From Candidatus Nitrotoga sp. LAW (GTDB lineage: Bacteria; Pseudomonadota; Gammaproteobacteria; Burkholderiales; Gallionellaceae), in NCBI GenBank assembly GCA_003402315.1, contig QFXI01000003.1:702-64701 (forward strand): a DNA stretch of 64,000 nt, written 5' to 3'. The notes under the pieces were generated by a model that was not told where the DNA came from, made no database searches, and saw nothing but the letters and a program-made list of their open reading frames with translations. Position 1 is the stretch's first letter. Every line of letters starts with the position of its first letter. Positions 1 to 10,285 of the stretch are shown here, in pieces. Made by a program: the position numbers and the translations under genes.

Positions 1-130
1 TAATTCAAATGTGCACTATGAAACAACAGCAATTTTGCAACGAGCACTTGTATCGCACTTTAGCTATCTGACGTATGTACTGGTATAGCCAATATGATAT
101 TTAAAATAAACATAAGTTGCGGCGAAAAAA

Positions 131-1765
131 ATGGCTGAAAACAATTTAACCCCTACGCTGCTGCAATCGTTTGGTGGGTTCAACAGTAAGCAAAGCATAG
201 GCCTTCTGGTCGCTGCCGCAGCCACAATCGCATTGGCCTTCGGCATGTGGACATGGGGAAAAACGCCTGATTACCGTGTGTTGTATGGCAATCTTTCCGA
301 TCGCGACGGTGGGGCTATCATAGAATCTCTTCAACAAATGAACGTACCTTATAAATTCGCTGAAGGAGGCGGTGCGCTGCTTGTCCCCGCTGATCAAGTA
401 CATGAGGTACGCCTGCGCATGGCTTCACAGGGTCTGCCCAAGGGAAGCCTGGCAGGGTTCGAGTTGATGGAAAATCAAAAATTCGGCACCAGCCAATTTC
501 TAGAACAGATGAATTACCAACGCGCTTTGGAAGGCGAGTTAGCGCGTTCGGTGCAAACACTGGCTTCCGTGCAAAGCGCACGCGTGCATCTGGCCATACC
601 TAAACCGACAGTATTTGTAAAAGAGCAACAGCAACCTGGCGCATCTGTGGTACTGACACTGCATCCTGGCCGAATTTTGGATGGTAGCCAGATTAGCGGT
701 ATCGTGCATTTGATTTCCAGCAGCGTACCTAATATGCCCGCTAAAAATGTTACCGTAGTAGACCAAAGCGGCGCGCTACTAAGTTCTGTCAAAGAGGGCA
801 GTACGGGGCAGATGGACGCTACTCAAATTAGCTATGTGAGGAAAATTGAGCAAGACTATATCAATCGTATTGAAGCGATCATCACGCCATTAATCGGCGC
901 AAACAATGTGCGGGCACAAGTTACCGCTGACATCGATTTCGCACAAACTGAACAGACCGCAGAAAGCTACAAACCTAACCAAGATCCAAAAGAATCCACT
1001 TTGCGCAGTCAGCAGACCATGGCTTCGACAAATGGCGGTATCCCAAGTGCGTCTGGCGTTCCAGGCGCATTGTCGAATCAGCCGCCAGTCCCCGCTACTG
1101 CACCTATCGTCACCCCGTCCAGTTCAGTTGCGGCTGCAACTGTTGGCACAACGAGTTCTCTGAAAGAATCTACCGTCAATTATGAAGTGGACCGCACTAT
1201 TCGCCACACCAAATTGCCTGTAGGCAGCATTAAGCGCTTGTCAGTTGCAGTGGTACTAAACAATCGCACTATTACCGACAAAAATGGGAAAAAAAGCTCC
1301 AAACCGCTTAATGACAGCGAGAAGGAGCAAATCACCGCACTGGTGAAAGATGCCATGGGCTTTAACGCCAGCCGCGGTGACAGTCTGAACGTCCTGAATA
1401 GTGCTTTCAATGTTGAAAAAGAAGTGTTAATTCCAGAAGAACCCTTTTGGAAACGGCCAGAAATGATTGCTTTAGCGAAGGATATACTGAAATATCTACT
1501 AATCACAGGCATTGCGCTGTACCTGATACTGGGTGTCATCCGCCCAGCATTAAGGAATTTTTCTGCCGCCGCTGCACCTGCAGCGGAGAGCAAAACTGAT
1601 GATGTCCTGCAAGCTACGGCTTCGGAGCACAGCACTGCGCAAGATACAGCACAGCAAGCAAAGAGCTCTTATGAAAACAATTTGGAGATCGCAAAAAAAA
1701 TAGCAGGACAGGATCCCAAAATCGTGGCATCAGTCGTTCAAGGATGGGTGAATAGCAATGAGTGA
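131..1765 (+). CDS. fliF: Flagellar M-ring protein FliF
   Basis: 544-aa ORF with an N-terminal TM segment, a long periplasmic ring region and a C-terminal TM. It heads a fliFGHIJK gene order and overlaps the fliG start. Confidence 0.95.
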   Translation: MAENNLTPTLLQSFGGFNSKQSIGLLVAAAATIALAFGMWTWGKTPDYRVLYGNLSDRDGGAIIESLQQMNVPYKFAEGGGALLVPADQVHEVRLRMASQGLPKGSLAGFELMENQKFGTSQFLEQMNYQRALEGELARSVQTLASVQSARVHLAIPKPTVFVKEQQQPGASVVLTLHPGRILDGSQISGIVHLISSSVPNMPAKNVTVVDQSGALLSSVKEGSTGQMDATQISYVRKIEQDYINRIEAIITPLIGANNVRAQVTADIDFAQTEQTAESYKPNQDPKESTLRSQQTMASTNGGIPSASGVPGALSNQPPVPATAPIVTPSSSVAAATVGTTSSLKESTVNYEVDRTIRHTKLPVGSIKRLSVAVVLNNRTITDKNGKKSSKPLNDSEKEQITALVKDAMGFNASRGDSLNVLNSAFNVEKEVLIPEEPFWKRPEMIALAKDILKYLLITGIALYLILGVIRPALRNFSAAAAPAAESKTDDVLQATASEHSTAQDTAQQAKSSYENNLEIAKKIAGQDPKIVASVVQGWVNSNE

Positions 1766-2756
1766 CGCAGGCATCAATAAAAGCGCGATTCTTCTCATGA
1801 CACTGGGTGAAAATGAGGCCGCAGAGGTACTGAAATATCTCGAACCGAGGGAAGTACAAAAGATCAGTTCTGCCATGATAGCGCTCAAAAACTTGACGCA
1901 CGAACAGATTAGCAATGTTTTCGATGAATTTCATGAGATTGCCGCACAAAAAACAACCGTCGGCATGGATGCAAGCGATTATATCCGCAGCATGCTGACC
2001 AAAGCGCTGGGAGATGACAAGGCAGCAGGCTTGCTTGATCGCATTTTGCACAATAGCGACACTAGTGGAATAGAAAGTCTTAAATGGATGGATCCGGCAT
2101 CAGTCGCTGAACTGGTGTCCAACGAACACCCACAGATCATAGCCGCAATACTTGTGCATCTTGAACCGGACATGGCTGCCGGCATTTTGGGCTTATTGAC
2201 CGAACGTACGCGCAGTGACGTCCTATTGCGTATTGCCACACTTGATGGGGTGCAGCCCACCGCCCTACGTGAGCTTAACGATGTTTTAACCAAGCTTTTA
2301 ACTGGCAACGCAGTTAATAAGAAGCGTATTAAGGGCGGCGTTCGCACCGCAGCGAATATTCTCAACTTTATGGGCAGCGTGCAGGAAGGTGTCGTTATTG
2401 AAATAGTCCGCAGCCATGACGCTGACTTGGCGCAAAAAATTCTTGATGAAATGTTCGTATTTGAAAACCTGTTAGACGTCGATGACCGCGGTATTCAGGT
2501 TGTTCTGCGTGAAGTTCAGTCCGAATCCCTGATTGTGGCACTGAAAGGCGCGAGCGAAGAGCTACGTGAAAAAATATTTAAAAACATGTCGCAACGTGCC
2601 GGTGACATGCTGCGTGAAGATTTAAGTAGCAAAGGCCCAGTTAAAGTCAGCGAAGTAGAAGCGGAGCAAAAAGAAATTTTAAGGATAGTGCACCGACTTT
2701 CAGACGAAGGGCAGATCACTTTAGGTGGCAAGGGAGGGGAAGAATCCTATGCCTGA
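1758..2756 (+). CDS. fliG: Flagellar motor switch protein FliG
   Basis: 332 aa with typical FliG sequence (MSDAGINKSAILLMTLGE..., C-terminal torque helix region). Position is after fliF. Confidence 0.95.
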   Translation: MSDAGINKSAILLMTLGENEAAEVLKYLEPREVQKISSAMIALKNLTHEQISNVFDEFHEIAAQKTTVGMDASDYIRSMLTKALGDDKAAGLLDRILHNSDTSGIESLKWMDPASVAELVSNEHPQIIAAILVHLEPDMAAGILGLLTERTRSDVLLRIATLDGVQPTALRELNDVLTKLLTGNAVNKKRIKGGVRTAANILNFMGSVQEGVVIEIVRSHDADLAQKILDEMFVFENLLDVDDRGIQVVLREVQSESLIVALKGASEELREKIFKNMSQRAGDMLREDLSSKGPVKVSEVEAEQKEILRIVHRLSDEGQITLGGKGGEESYA

Positions 2757-3375
2757 TGCTGCTATCCCCAAGGAACAACTCACCGCCTATCAACGCTGGG
2801 AGCTGCCCGCCTTCGATGAGGTGAAGGTAGTGGAGCCACCTCCTCCTCCTCCAATCAATCTACCTACCGCAGCCCAGATTGAACACATACACATGCAGGC
2901 GCATGAAGAAGGCTATCAGGCTGGATATGTTGAGGGTATGAAACAGGCCGGCACAGAAGCACAACGCATAGCAAAGATACTGGAATCGCTGAACAAAGAA
3001 TTGCAAAACGTGGATCAGCAAATCGCCAAGTACTTGCTGAACCTAGCGTTAGAAATTGCTAAACAGATGTTACAACAAGCACTTAAAATTAAACCAGAAT
3101 TGCTGCTAAGTGTAGTGCATGCAGCTATTGGTGAGTTACCCTATTTCAATCAAAATGCCCATCTTGTATTGCATCCCGACGATGCAGCGCTACTGCGCAC
3201 AAGCATGGGTGAGCAGCTGCTCCATACCGGTTGGAAAGTTTTCGAAGATAACCAAATCGAACGCGGGGGTTGCCGTGTGGAAACAGCACATAGCCAAATT
3301 GACGCTACTTTGCCTAAACGCTGGCAACGGGTTGTCGCCTCTATCGGACAAGATAACGCATGGCTGGAATCATGA
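2749..3375 (+). CDS. fliH: Flagellar assembly protein FliH
   Basis: Sits between fliG and fliI. The ATG at 2749 is preceded by a GGGAGGGGAAG Shine-Dalgarno and overlaps the fliG stop. The track ORF from 2725 starts on GTG. FliH-like coiled-coil and C-terminal domain. Confidence 0.8.
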   Translation: MPDAAIPKEQLTAYQRWELPAFDEVKVVEPPPPPPINLPTAAQIEHIHMQAHEEGYQAGYVEGMKQAGTEAQRIAKILESLNKELQNVDQQIAKYLLNLALEIAKQMLQQALKIKPELLLSVVHAAIGELPYFNQNAHLVLHPDDAALLRTSMGEQLLHTGWKVFEDNQIERGGCRVETAHSQIDATLPKRWQRVVASIGQDNAWLES

Positions 3376-4814
3376 CCTCCCATACCCCCATTCCCCCAGT
3401 CATTCAGGCTCCTATGGGCGACCATGCCCAGTATTGGCAAACCTGCTTGCAAGACAATCAGGAATTAATCGCACAAAGCAAACCTTTGCTAATCAGTGGC
3501 CGCTTAACCAAGGTCACCGGGCTAGTAATGGAAGCCGTTGGTTTGAAGATGGCGGTTGGCAGCACGTGTGTTATCGAATTACCCAACAATCGAATCGAAG
3601 CGGAAGTGGTCGGATTCTCTGGGGAAAAAATATTTCTCATGCCAGAAAATGATGTTCATGGCCTGATACCCGGCGCGCGCGTAGTACCGCTAGAACCGGT
3701 AAGTACCCCACTGCTGGGCAGCAAACAGCGTACATTCCGGCGGCGCGCGACTGATCACACTCGCCACTTGCCAGTAGGTGACAAACTGCTAGGCCGAGTA
3801 CTGGATGGAGCTGGCCGTCCATTGGATCAGTTGGGACCGCTCGTGGCAGTAACAACCGCTCCCTCGCAAAGCCGTCCCATCAATCCACTGAACCGCGCAC
3901 CGATCAAAGACGTTCTGGATGTTGGTGTACGGGCCATTAATAATCTACTCACTGTTGGGCGCGGCCAACGCATGGGGTTATTCGCTGGCAGTGGTGTAGG
4001 AAAAAGTGTGTTACTCGGCATGATGGCACGGTACACCAGCGCCGATGTCATCGTGGTGGGATTAATAGGCGAGCGTGGCCGCGAGGTAAAAGAATTCATC
4101 ACTCACATTCTCGGAACAGAGGGTATGGCGCGTTCAGTTGTGGTTGCGGCCCCTGCAGACACCAGTCCACTCATGCGTTTGCAAGGTGCAGCCTATGCCA
4201 CAACGATCGCCGAATATTTTCGTGGCCAGGGCAAGCATGTATTGCTGATTATGGATTCACTTACCCGCTATGCCATGGCGCAGCGTGAAATTGCACTGGC
4301 GATTGGCGAGCCGCCCGCCACCAAGGGCTACCCGCCATCGGTATTCGCCAAGCTGCCTCAGTTGGTGGAGCGTGCAGGTAACGGTACGGAAGGCGGTGGC
4401 TCGATCACTGCGTTTTATACTGTTTTAACTGAAGGCGACGACCAGCAAGATCCCATCGCCGATAGTGCACGTGCCATTTTAGATGGCCACATCGTGTTAT
4501 CGCGCCGCTTGGCTGAACAAGGCCACTATCCGGCCATAGACATCGAAGCCTCCATTAGCCGCGCTATGAGCAGCCTTGTTTCAGAAGAGCATTTTACTTT
4601 GGTACACCGTTTCAAACACCTGTATGCACATTACCAACGCAACCACGATTTAATCAGTGTCGGCGCATATGTCAGTGGCAGCGATCCGCTATTGGACGAA
4701 GGGCTTGCGCGCTATCCCTATATGGAGCATTTCCTCAAGCAAGGCATGTTCGAACGTGAATCCTACTCTAGTGGCGTCGCCGCTTTTAGCCACCTATTTG
4801 AAAATCAGCACTGA
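3360..4814 (+). CDS. fliI: Flagellum-specific ATPase FliI
   Basis: Walker A GSGVGKS and F1-ATPase-like core. An alternative start at 3372 forms an ATGA overlap with the fliH stop. Confidence 0.95.
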   Translation: MAGIMTSHTPIPPVIQAPMGDHAQYWQTCLQDNQELIAQSKPLLISGRLTKVTGLVMEAVGLKMAVGSTCVIELPNNRIEAEVVGFSGEKIFLMPENDVHGLIPGARVVPLEPVSTPLLGSKQRTFRRRATDHTRHLPVGDKLLGRVLDGAGRPLDQLGPLVAVTTAPSQSRPINPLNRAPIKDVLDVGVRAINNLLTVGRGQRMGLFAGSGVGKSVLLGMMARYTSADVIVVGLIGERGREVKEFITHILGTEGMARSVVVAAPADTSPLMRLQGAAYATTIAEYFRGQGKHVLLIMDSLTRYAMAQREIALAIGEPPATKGYPPSVFAKLPQLVERAGNGTEGGGSITAFYTVLTEGDDQQDPIADSARAILDGHIVLSRRLAEQGHYPAIDIEASISRAMSSLVSEEHFTLVHRFKHLYAHYQRNHDLISVGAYVSGSDPLLDEGLARYPYMEHFLKQGMFERESYSSGVAAFSHLFENQH

Positions 4815-4826
4815 GGCAACTAAACC

Positions 4827-5288
4827 ATGACCAAGACATTTTCCATGCAACCACTGGTACATTTAGCCCATCAAAAAAACGAAGATGCCAGTAAAAAATT
4901 TGGCCAACTAATCCAGCAGCAAAAAGCTGCGCAAACCAAGCTGCATACATTGGAACAGTATCGTGAAGATTATCAGACACGTCTACAACAAGCGGTAATA
5001 AACGGTATCAACCAAACTAGCCTGCGTAATTTTCAAGACTTCATACTCCGTCTGGATGAGGCAGTTGCACAGCAACGGAATGCCCTTGAACATATACTCC
5101 GCTTGATACAAGCCGGGCGCAACGAGTTGGCAAATACACAGCGCAATATGAAATCCTTCGATACGTTGGCACAACGTCACCTAGAAAGCGAAAAAAAACT
5201 GCAAGACAAATTAGAACAGCGGCAACAGGACGAACATACCGGGCGCAACTCTGCACTCAAAGCCAGGGCCGCACAAAACGAAACTTAA
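4827..5288 (+). CDS. fliJ: Flagellar export chaperone FliJ
   Basis: 153-aa coiled-coil protein directly after fliI, the conserved position for FliJ. Confidence 0.75.
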   Translation: MTKTFSMQPLVHLAHQKNEDASKKFGQLIQQQKAAQTKLHTLEQYREDYQTRLQQAVINGINQTSLRNFQDFILRLDEAVAQQRNALEHILRLIQAGRNELANTQRNMKSFDTLAQRHLESEKKLQDKLEQRQQDEHTGRNSALKARAAQNET

Positions 5289-5306
5289 CTTCAGAGAGGA
5301 GGCATC

Positions 5307-6368
5307 ATGCAAAATACAATCACCCCAGTGGCCGCACCTGCCGCGCCAGCATATACACCCACAGAAGTGGATGGCACAGCGCAGGCGGAGCTTTTTGGTA
5401 ACGTGCTGGCGCGCCAACTTGCAAATAGTGTCCAGCTTGGCGAACCTAATATTCCCGATACTGGCCTATCTATAACTTCCGCCGCGGATAATCTACTCAC
5501 GATTACGCCCAGCAACGAGCAATCTACCGAACCACAAACGCCCATCCCAGATGGTACAAACGCTTTATCCAGCGATATGCTGGCAGCATTATTACCGCAT
5601 AACATTGCCCCACAAATATCAATCCGCGGCACGCAGTCTATTCAACCAGAAGCTGTTACAGATGATAATCGGGCACAATCCATCAGTACGCGCAAAATGT
5701 CCTTGGGATACGATGCAGCGGACATTGCAAAAGCAACTTTAAAATATGGCACTCCTGACACCACACTGGAAATCATAAATTCCTTTGATGGTAACAAAAG
5801 CGTAACACCATTAATCGAGTCACAACTTTCCACTCAATCCCTTACCCAGGTAAACGCGCCGCAGCCTAATACAATAGCCCTGGCCACGCTACAAACCCAA
5901 ACATCGAGTGCCGATAACCTGAATGTACAAACACAATTTACCGTAAATACGCCATTGGTAGATGGTGCCTGGGCTGATGAATTTAGCCAAAAAATCACAT
6001 GGATGGCTACCCAGAATGGACAAAGCGCTGAATTACATTTGAATCCACCCCAACTCGGCCCGCTGGATGTGTTAATCAAAGTTGATGGTGACCAAGCTAC
6101 TGCGCTATTCAGCTCACCACATGCCGTTGTACGTGATGCGATAGAGCAAGCATTACCTAAGCTTCGTGAAATGCTGGCCGATAACGGAATCATGCTGGGC
6201 AATGCCTCAGTAAGCGATCAATCTGCCAGAGAACAGCAAGCGAAACAAACAGACCAACAGCACAAAAAAGAAGGCTGGCAAGCTAAGGTCGATCAGTCTG
6301 TTTTCGTCGGCAGCACCCAAGCTAAATCTGGGCACCACCATCAGGGATTAGTAGATACGTTTGCCTAA
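5307..6368 (+). CDS. fliK: Flagellar hook-length control protein FliK
   Basis: Low-complexity N-terminal half. The C-terminal Flg_hook-like block reads ELHLNPPQLGPLDVLIKVDGDQATALFSSPH. Position is after fliJ. Confidence 0.8.
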   Translation: MQNTITPVAAPAAPAYTPTEVDGTAQAELFGNVLARQLANSVQLGEPNIPDTGLSITSAADNLLTITPSNEQSTEPQTPIPDGTNALSSDMLAALLPHNIAPQISIRGTQSIQPEAVTDDNRAQSISTRKMSLGYDAADIAKATLKYGTPDTTLEIINSFDGNKSVTPLIESQLSTQSLTQVNAPQPNTIALATLQTQTSSADNLNVQTQFTVNTPLVDGAWADEFSQKITWMATQNGQSAELHLNPPQLGPLDVLIKVDGDQATALFSSPHAVVRDAIEQALPKLREMLADNGIMLGNASVSDQSAREQQAKQTDQQHKKEGWQAKVDQSVFVGSTQAKSGHHHQGLVDTFA

Positions 6369-6576
6369 TGGAAAAATTAATAAGCACAGTAAATATTCAA
6401 GCACTTATTTTTAAAAATTGCCCTGGTTTTATTTCACTCTTTTTATGGACAAGAGGGCTACGCTACTAAACCAGGTCATGTCTAATTGCCAAGTTAGATG
6501 GGATTCTCAGCCTTATTCCGTTTATCACACCGATTGAATTTCTCTGATAATCCCACTCAGAAGATAAGGAGCAGCA

Positions 6577-7275
6577 ATGGCAAAACCAACACCAAAAAAA
6601 GACGCATCAGACTCCGCGCCAGCTGGCGCTACGGCAAAACCAAACGGCAAAAAAAAATTGCTCATCATCATAGGTAGTGTCTTAGCGTTAGGGATTGCAG
6701 GCGGCGCAGGATGGTATTTTACTAAGGGTGGCGATCACAATGACAAGAATGCCAAAAAAGCTTCACAACACGTCGAACAACCAAAATTTATTGCATTAGA
6801 GCCTTTTACAGTTAACTTGCAACGCGAGTCAGCTGACCAATTTTTGCAAATTGGCATAACACTAAAAATATTTCAGCCAGAACTGGAAGAAAAAATTAAG
6901 CAAAATTTGCCAGAGATCCGCAGCCGCCTGCTGGTACTGCTGTCCGGCAAATATGCTTCAGAACTGGTTGCATCCAAAGGCAAAACAAAACTTGTCAAAG
7001 AAATTATTTCAGAGACTGAGACCGTACTTGGTCTGCGCACTACGCGTGCCCCACACCCTAAACCCATTGCCCCTCCCCCTCCCCCCGTAGAAGCAGCAAG
7101 CCCGGTAGAAGGAGCTAATCCAGAAGAATCACCCGCCACAACAGAAGTTGCAGAGGGAGGGGCAGAAGGAGCGGCAGGGGCAGCAGCAGTAAAAGAAGCC
7201 GTACCTGCCAAACCAAGCAACGAGGCGAATGAAAACATCATAGACGTGTTATTTACCTCTTTTATTATCCAGTAA
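6577..7275 (+). CDS. fliL: Flagellar basal-body protein FliL, with a Pro/Ala/Glu-rich insertion
   Basis: N-terminal Lys-rich tail plus a single TM, and the conserved terminal DVLFTSFIIQ. Position is before fliM. At 232 aa it is longer than usual. Confidence 0.8.
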   Translation: MAKPTPKKDASDSAPAGATAKPNGKKKLLIIIGSVLALGIAGGAGWYFTKGGDHNDKNAKKASQHVEQPKFIALEPFTVNLQRESADQFLQIGITLKIFQPELEEKIKQNLPEIRSRLLVLLSGKYASELVASKGKTKLVKEIISETETVLGLRTTRAPHPKPIAPPPPPVEAASPVEGANPEESPATTEVAEGGAEGAAGAAAVKEAVPAKPSNEANENIIDVLFTSFIIQ

Positions 7276-7282
7276 AGAATCC

Positions 7283-8284
7283 ATGAGCGATTTTCTCTCT
7301 CAAGACGAAGTTGACTCACTGCTCAAAGGAGTAACTGGAGAGCCGGATGAAATACCTGCGCCAGCCGAACCAAAAGATGCTGTACGCCCATATAACATGG
7401 GTTCACAGGAACGTATCGTACGTGGGCGCATGCCCACGATGGAAATTATCAATGAACGTTTTGCGCGTCTATTTAGAATTTCTTTATTCAACCTGATTAG
7501 ACGCACCGCTGAAATTTCAGTAGGACCGATACGCGTCCAGAAATTTAGTGAATTCCTCCGCAATCTGCCCATACCGGCCAACATCAACATCGTGCAAGCC
7601 AAACCTTTACGTGGCAATGGGCTGTTTATCTTTGATCCCAACCTAGTTTTTTTGGTGGTCGACAATATGTTCGGTGGTGATGGGCGCTTTCACACCCGGG
7701 TCGAGGGACGCGAATTCACACAAACTGAGCAGCGCATTATCCAACAACTATTAGCTGCCGTATTTGAGTCTTATAACAAAGCTTGGCAAGCTGTATATGC
7801 GTTGAAATTTGAGTTTGTGCGTTCGGAATTGAACCCGCAGTTCGCCAATATCGCCACACCAAACGAAGTAGTAGTAACCACCACTTTCGACATTGAATTC
7901 GGCGGGCTAGGCGGGGCATTTCATGTATTGACTCCTTATTCAATGATAGAACCGCTCCGCGAGCAGCTCTATAGCACCATGCAAGGCGACCATCTGGCTG
8001 TAGACAAGCGCTGGCTGCGCACACTATCCAAACAAGTACAGTCCGCAGAAATTGAGCTGACTGCGATTCTCGGCCAAGCTCAAATTACATTTGAGAAAGT
8101 ATTGGGAATGCGCAACGGCGATATCATCCCCTTGGATGTGGAAGATAGTATTACGGCGCTAGTAAATGAAGTACCCGTAATGAAATGCAAGTACGGCATT
8201 TTCAACAACCAATACGCCCTTAAAGTAGAAAAAATGCTGAGCAGCACAAGTGGCGATTTGGCTAATGGAGACAATGATGACTGA
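7283..8284 (+). CDS. fliM: Flagellar motor switch protein FliM
   Basis: The N-terminal LSQDEVDSLL CheY-P binding motif is present. 333 aa, in the expected synteny. Confidence 0.93.
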   Translation: MSDFLSQDEVDSLLKGVTGEPDEIPAPAEPKDAVRPYNMGSQERIVRGRMPTMEIINERFARLFRISLFNLIRRTAEISVGPIRVQKFSEFLRNLPIPANINIVQAKPLRGNGLFIFDPNLVFLVVDNMFGGDGRFHTRVEGREFTQTEQRIIQQLLAAVFESYNKAWQAVYALKFEFVRSELNPQFANIATPNEVVVTTTFDIEFGGLGGAFHVLTPYSMIEPLREQLYSTMQGDHLAVDKRWLRTLSKQVQSAEIELTAILGQAQITFEKVLGMRNGDIIPLDVEDSITALVNEVPVMKCKYGIFNNQYALKVEKMLSSTSGDLANGDNDD

Positions 8285-8735
8285 CGAAAATACAGACGAA
8301 ATTAGCGCCGATGACTGGGGTGCGGCAATGGCTGAACAAGCTACCAGCACACCATCCCAATCCGATGATTGGGGTGCGGCAATGGCTGAACAGGCTACCA
8401 GCACACCATCCCAACCCGCCGCCCAACCGCATGCATTCACACAATTCGCTAGCACAACTGGCGCAGCCGTGAGCAACGATCTTGATATGATCATGGACAT
8501 CCCGGTTCAACTAACGGTCGAGCTTGGCCGCACCAAGATGCCCATTAAAAATCTGCTACAACTGGCACAAGGATCGGTGGTGGAATTAACCGGCCAAGCA
8601 GGTGAGCCGCTCGATGTAATGATTAACGGCTTTCTGATCGCGCAAGGCGAGGTCGTAGTAGTGAACGATAAAATCGGTATTCGCCTGACCGACGTTATCA
8701 CCCCATCTGAACGCTTGCGCCGCCTCAGCCGCTGA
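8274..8735 (+). CDS. fliN: Flagellar motor switch protein FliN
   Basis: The C-terminal SpoA/FliN domain reads IPVQLTVELGRTKMPIKNLLQL...VVVNDKIGIRLTDV. The ATG at 8274/8277 follows GGAG and overlaps the fliM stop. The track ORF begins at 8250. Confidence 0.9.
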   Translation: MMTDENTDEISADDWGAAMAEQATSTPSQSDDWGAAMAEQATSTPSQPAAQPHAFTQFASTTGAAVSNDLDMIMDIPVQLTVELGRTKMPIKNLLQLAQGSVVELTGQAGEPLDVMINGFLIAQGEVVVVNDKIGIRLTDVITPSERLRRLSR

Positions 8736-8736
8736 A

Positions 8737-9228
8737 ATGAAAACGGTCGGCAACCTATTTATCAAACCGGGGCTCATTTGGACACGCCTCTGTCTCATCG
8801 TCGGCGTCGGCTTTTACACGCCCCTGCTCGCAACAGCGCAAAACACACGCCCTGCTTACACGCCTCCCCCACCCCCTGCGGCAATGTCATCCGGCAGCAT
8901 ACTGCAGGTTATTTTTAGTTTGCTGTTGGTATTGGCAGCGGTAGTGCTGGTTGCATGGATATTGAAACGCATTAACCTGCCTCAACATGCCGCCGGAAAT
9001 CTAATCAAAGTGCAAGCAGCGGTGGCGGTTGGCCAACGCGAACGTATCGTGCTGGTGGAAATCAACGACACTTGGTTGGTAGTTGGCGTTGCTCCCGGAC
9101 AAGTACGCACCCTACATAGCATGGCCAAAGCCGAATTACCCGCAACACAAGCGGGCATGGCTACCGGTACAAATGGGAAATTTCCGGATTGGCTGAAACA
9201 AATAATGGAAAAGCGTAATGCGCCTTAA
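8737..9228 (+). CDS. fliO: Flagellar biosynthesis protein FliO
   Basis: Small single-TM protein between fliN and fliP. Confidence 0.7.
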   Translation: MKTVGNLFIKPGLIWTRLCLIVGVGFYTPLLATAQNTRPAYTPPPPPAAMSSGSILQVIFSLLLVLAAVVLVAWILKRINLPQHAAGNLIKVQAAVAVGQRERIVLVEINDTWLVVGVAPGQVRTLHSMAKAELPATQAGMATGTNGKFPDWLKQIMEKRNAP

Positions 9229-9964
9229 TTCACTTCTGGGGGCAACCCTGTTATTTAGCCTGATCCCCGCAGCATTTGCCGCCGATCTTGCTTTACCCGC
9301 ATTTAACAGCAGCGCCACGCCAGGCGGTGGGCAAACCTATTCGCTTAGCTTACAAACGTTATTACTGCTCACATCGTTAAGTTTTTTACCGGCCGTAATG
9401 CTGCTGATGACCAGTTTCACCCGCATCATCATCGTGTTATCGCTGCTACGTTCTGCACTTGGCACGCCCTCCTCTCCCCCCAATCAGGTACTGGTCGGAC
9501 TCGCCTTGTTTCTCACTTTCTTCGTTATGTCACCGGTGCTGGATAAAATTTATACGGATGCCTACCTGCCATTCAGTGAAAATAAATTGACGCTGGCACA
9601 AGCGTTCGATACCGGCAGCGTACCGCTCAAGGCATTTATGCTGAGACAAACGCGTGAAAAAGACCTCGCCCTTTTCGTTCAAATCTCCAATAGCGAACCG
9701 TTGCAAAGCGCAGATCAGGTACCCCTAAAAATCTTGGTTCCCGCCTATGTCATCAGCGAACTAAAAACCGCTTTCCAAATTGGTTTTGTAATATTTATCC
9801 CGTTCCTCATCATCGACATGGTGGTGGCCAGCATACTGATGTCTATGGGTATGATGATGGTATCGCCAGCGATGATTTCATTGCCATTCAAGATCATGCT
9901 ATTCGTGCTGGCAGATGGCTGGAATCTGCTCGTCGGATCGCTAGTACATAGCTTTTACACCTGA
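9218..9964 (+). CDS. fliP: Flagellar export apparatus protein FliP
   Basis: Signal peptide plus conserved FliP membrane core ([29 protein letters not shown]...). Confidence 0.95.
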   Translation: MRLNSLLGATLLFSLIPAAFAADLALPAFNSSATPGGGQTYSLSLQTLLLLTSLSFLPAVMLLMTSFTRIIIVLSLLRSALGTPSSPPNQVLVGLALFLTFFVMSPVLDKIYTDAYLPFSENKLTLAQAFDTGSVPLKAFMLRQTREKDLALFVQISNSEPLQSADQVPLKILVPAYVISELKTAFQIGFVIFIPFLIIDMVVASILMSMGMMMVSPAMISLPFKIMLFVLADGWNLLVGSLVHSFYT

Positions 9965-9976
9965 GGCCGAACAACG

Positions 9977-10246
9977 ATGACCCCTGAAAGCGTAATGACA
10001 CTTGGTCGCCAAGCATTGGAGTTGACCCTGATGGTATCAGCACCAGTGCTGCTAACAGCCCTAATTATCGGGCTGCTGATCAGTATTTTTCAGGCCGCCA
10101 CCCAAATCAACGAAATGACCCTATCTTTTATTCCAAAACTGATTGGCATGTTCGGTGTGCTGATCATCACCGGCCCGTGGATGGTGGGCATGATGTTGGA
10201 TTATATCCAGCGCCTGTTCAGCAGCATTCCCTGGTTGGTTGGGTAA
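9977..10246 (+). CDS. fliQ: Flagellar export apparatus protein FliQ
   Basis: 89 aa with two TM segments and a typical FliQ sequence. Confidence 0.93.
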   Translation: MTPESVMTLGRQALELTLMVSAPVLLTALIIGLLISIFQAATQINEMTLSFIPKLIGMFGVLIITGPWMVGMMLDYIQRLFSSIPWLVG

Positions 10247-10253
10247 TAGCGTT

Positions 10254-10285
10254 CTATTGATCCGGCATGGCGAAGTATTAACTCC
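10254..10285 (+). repeat. Copy 1 of a short dispersed element, CTATTGATCCGGCATGGCGAAGTATTAACTCC
   Basis: Fills the fliQ-fliR spacer. A 30/32-identical copy lies in inverse orientation at 31686-31717. Confidence 0.85.

Noticed and set aside
3119-3652. A 177-aa ORF in an alternative frame spanning the fliH/fliI junction. Many similar 60-170-aa ORFs lie antisense within fliF, fliK, ppk, smc, dnaK, dnaJ, uup and the CYTH-CHAD gene.
   Set aside because: They are fully embedded in well-supported genes, and their composition (Arg/Ser/Cys-rich) is typical of off-frame translation.
6369-6576. Searched the fliK-fliL spacer and the fliF upstream region (1-130) for sigma-54 (GG-N10-GC) or sigma-28 (TAAA-N15-GCCGATAA) promoters.
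   Set aside because: No candidate has correct spacing together with both half-elements.
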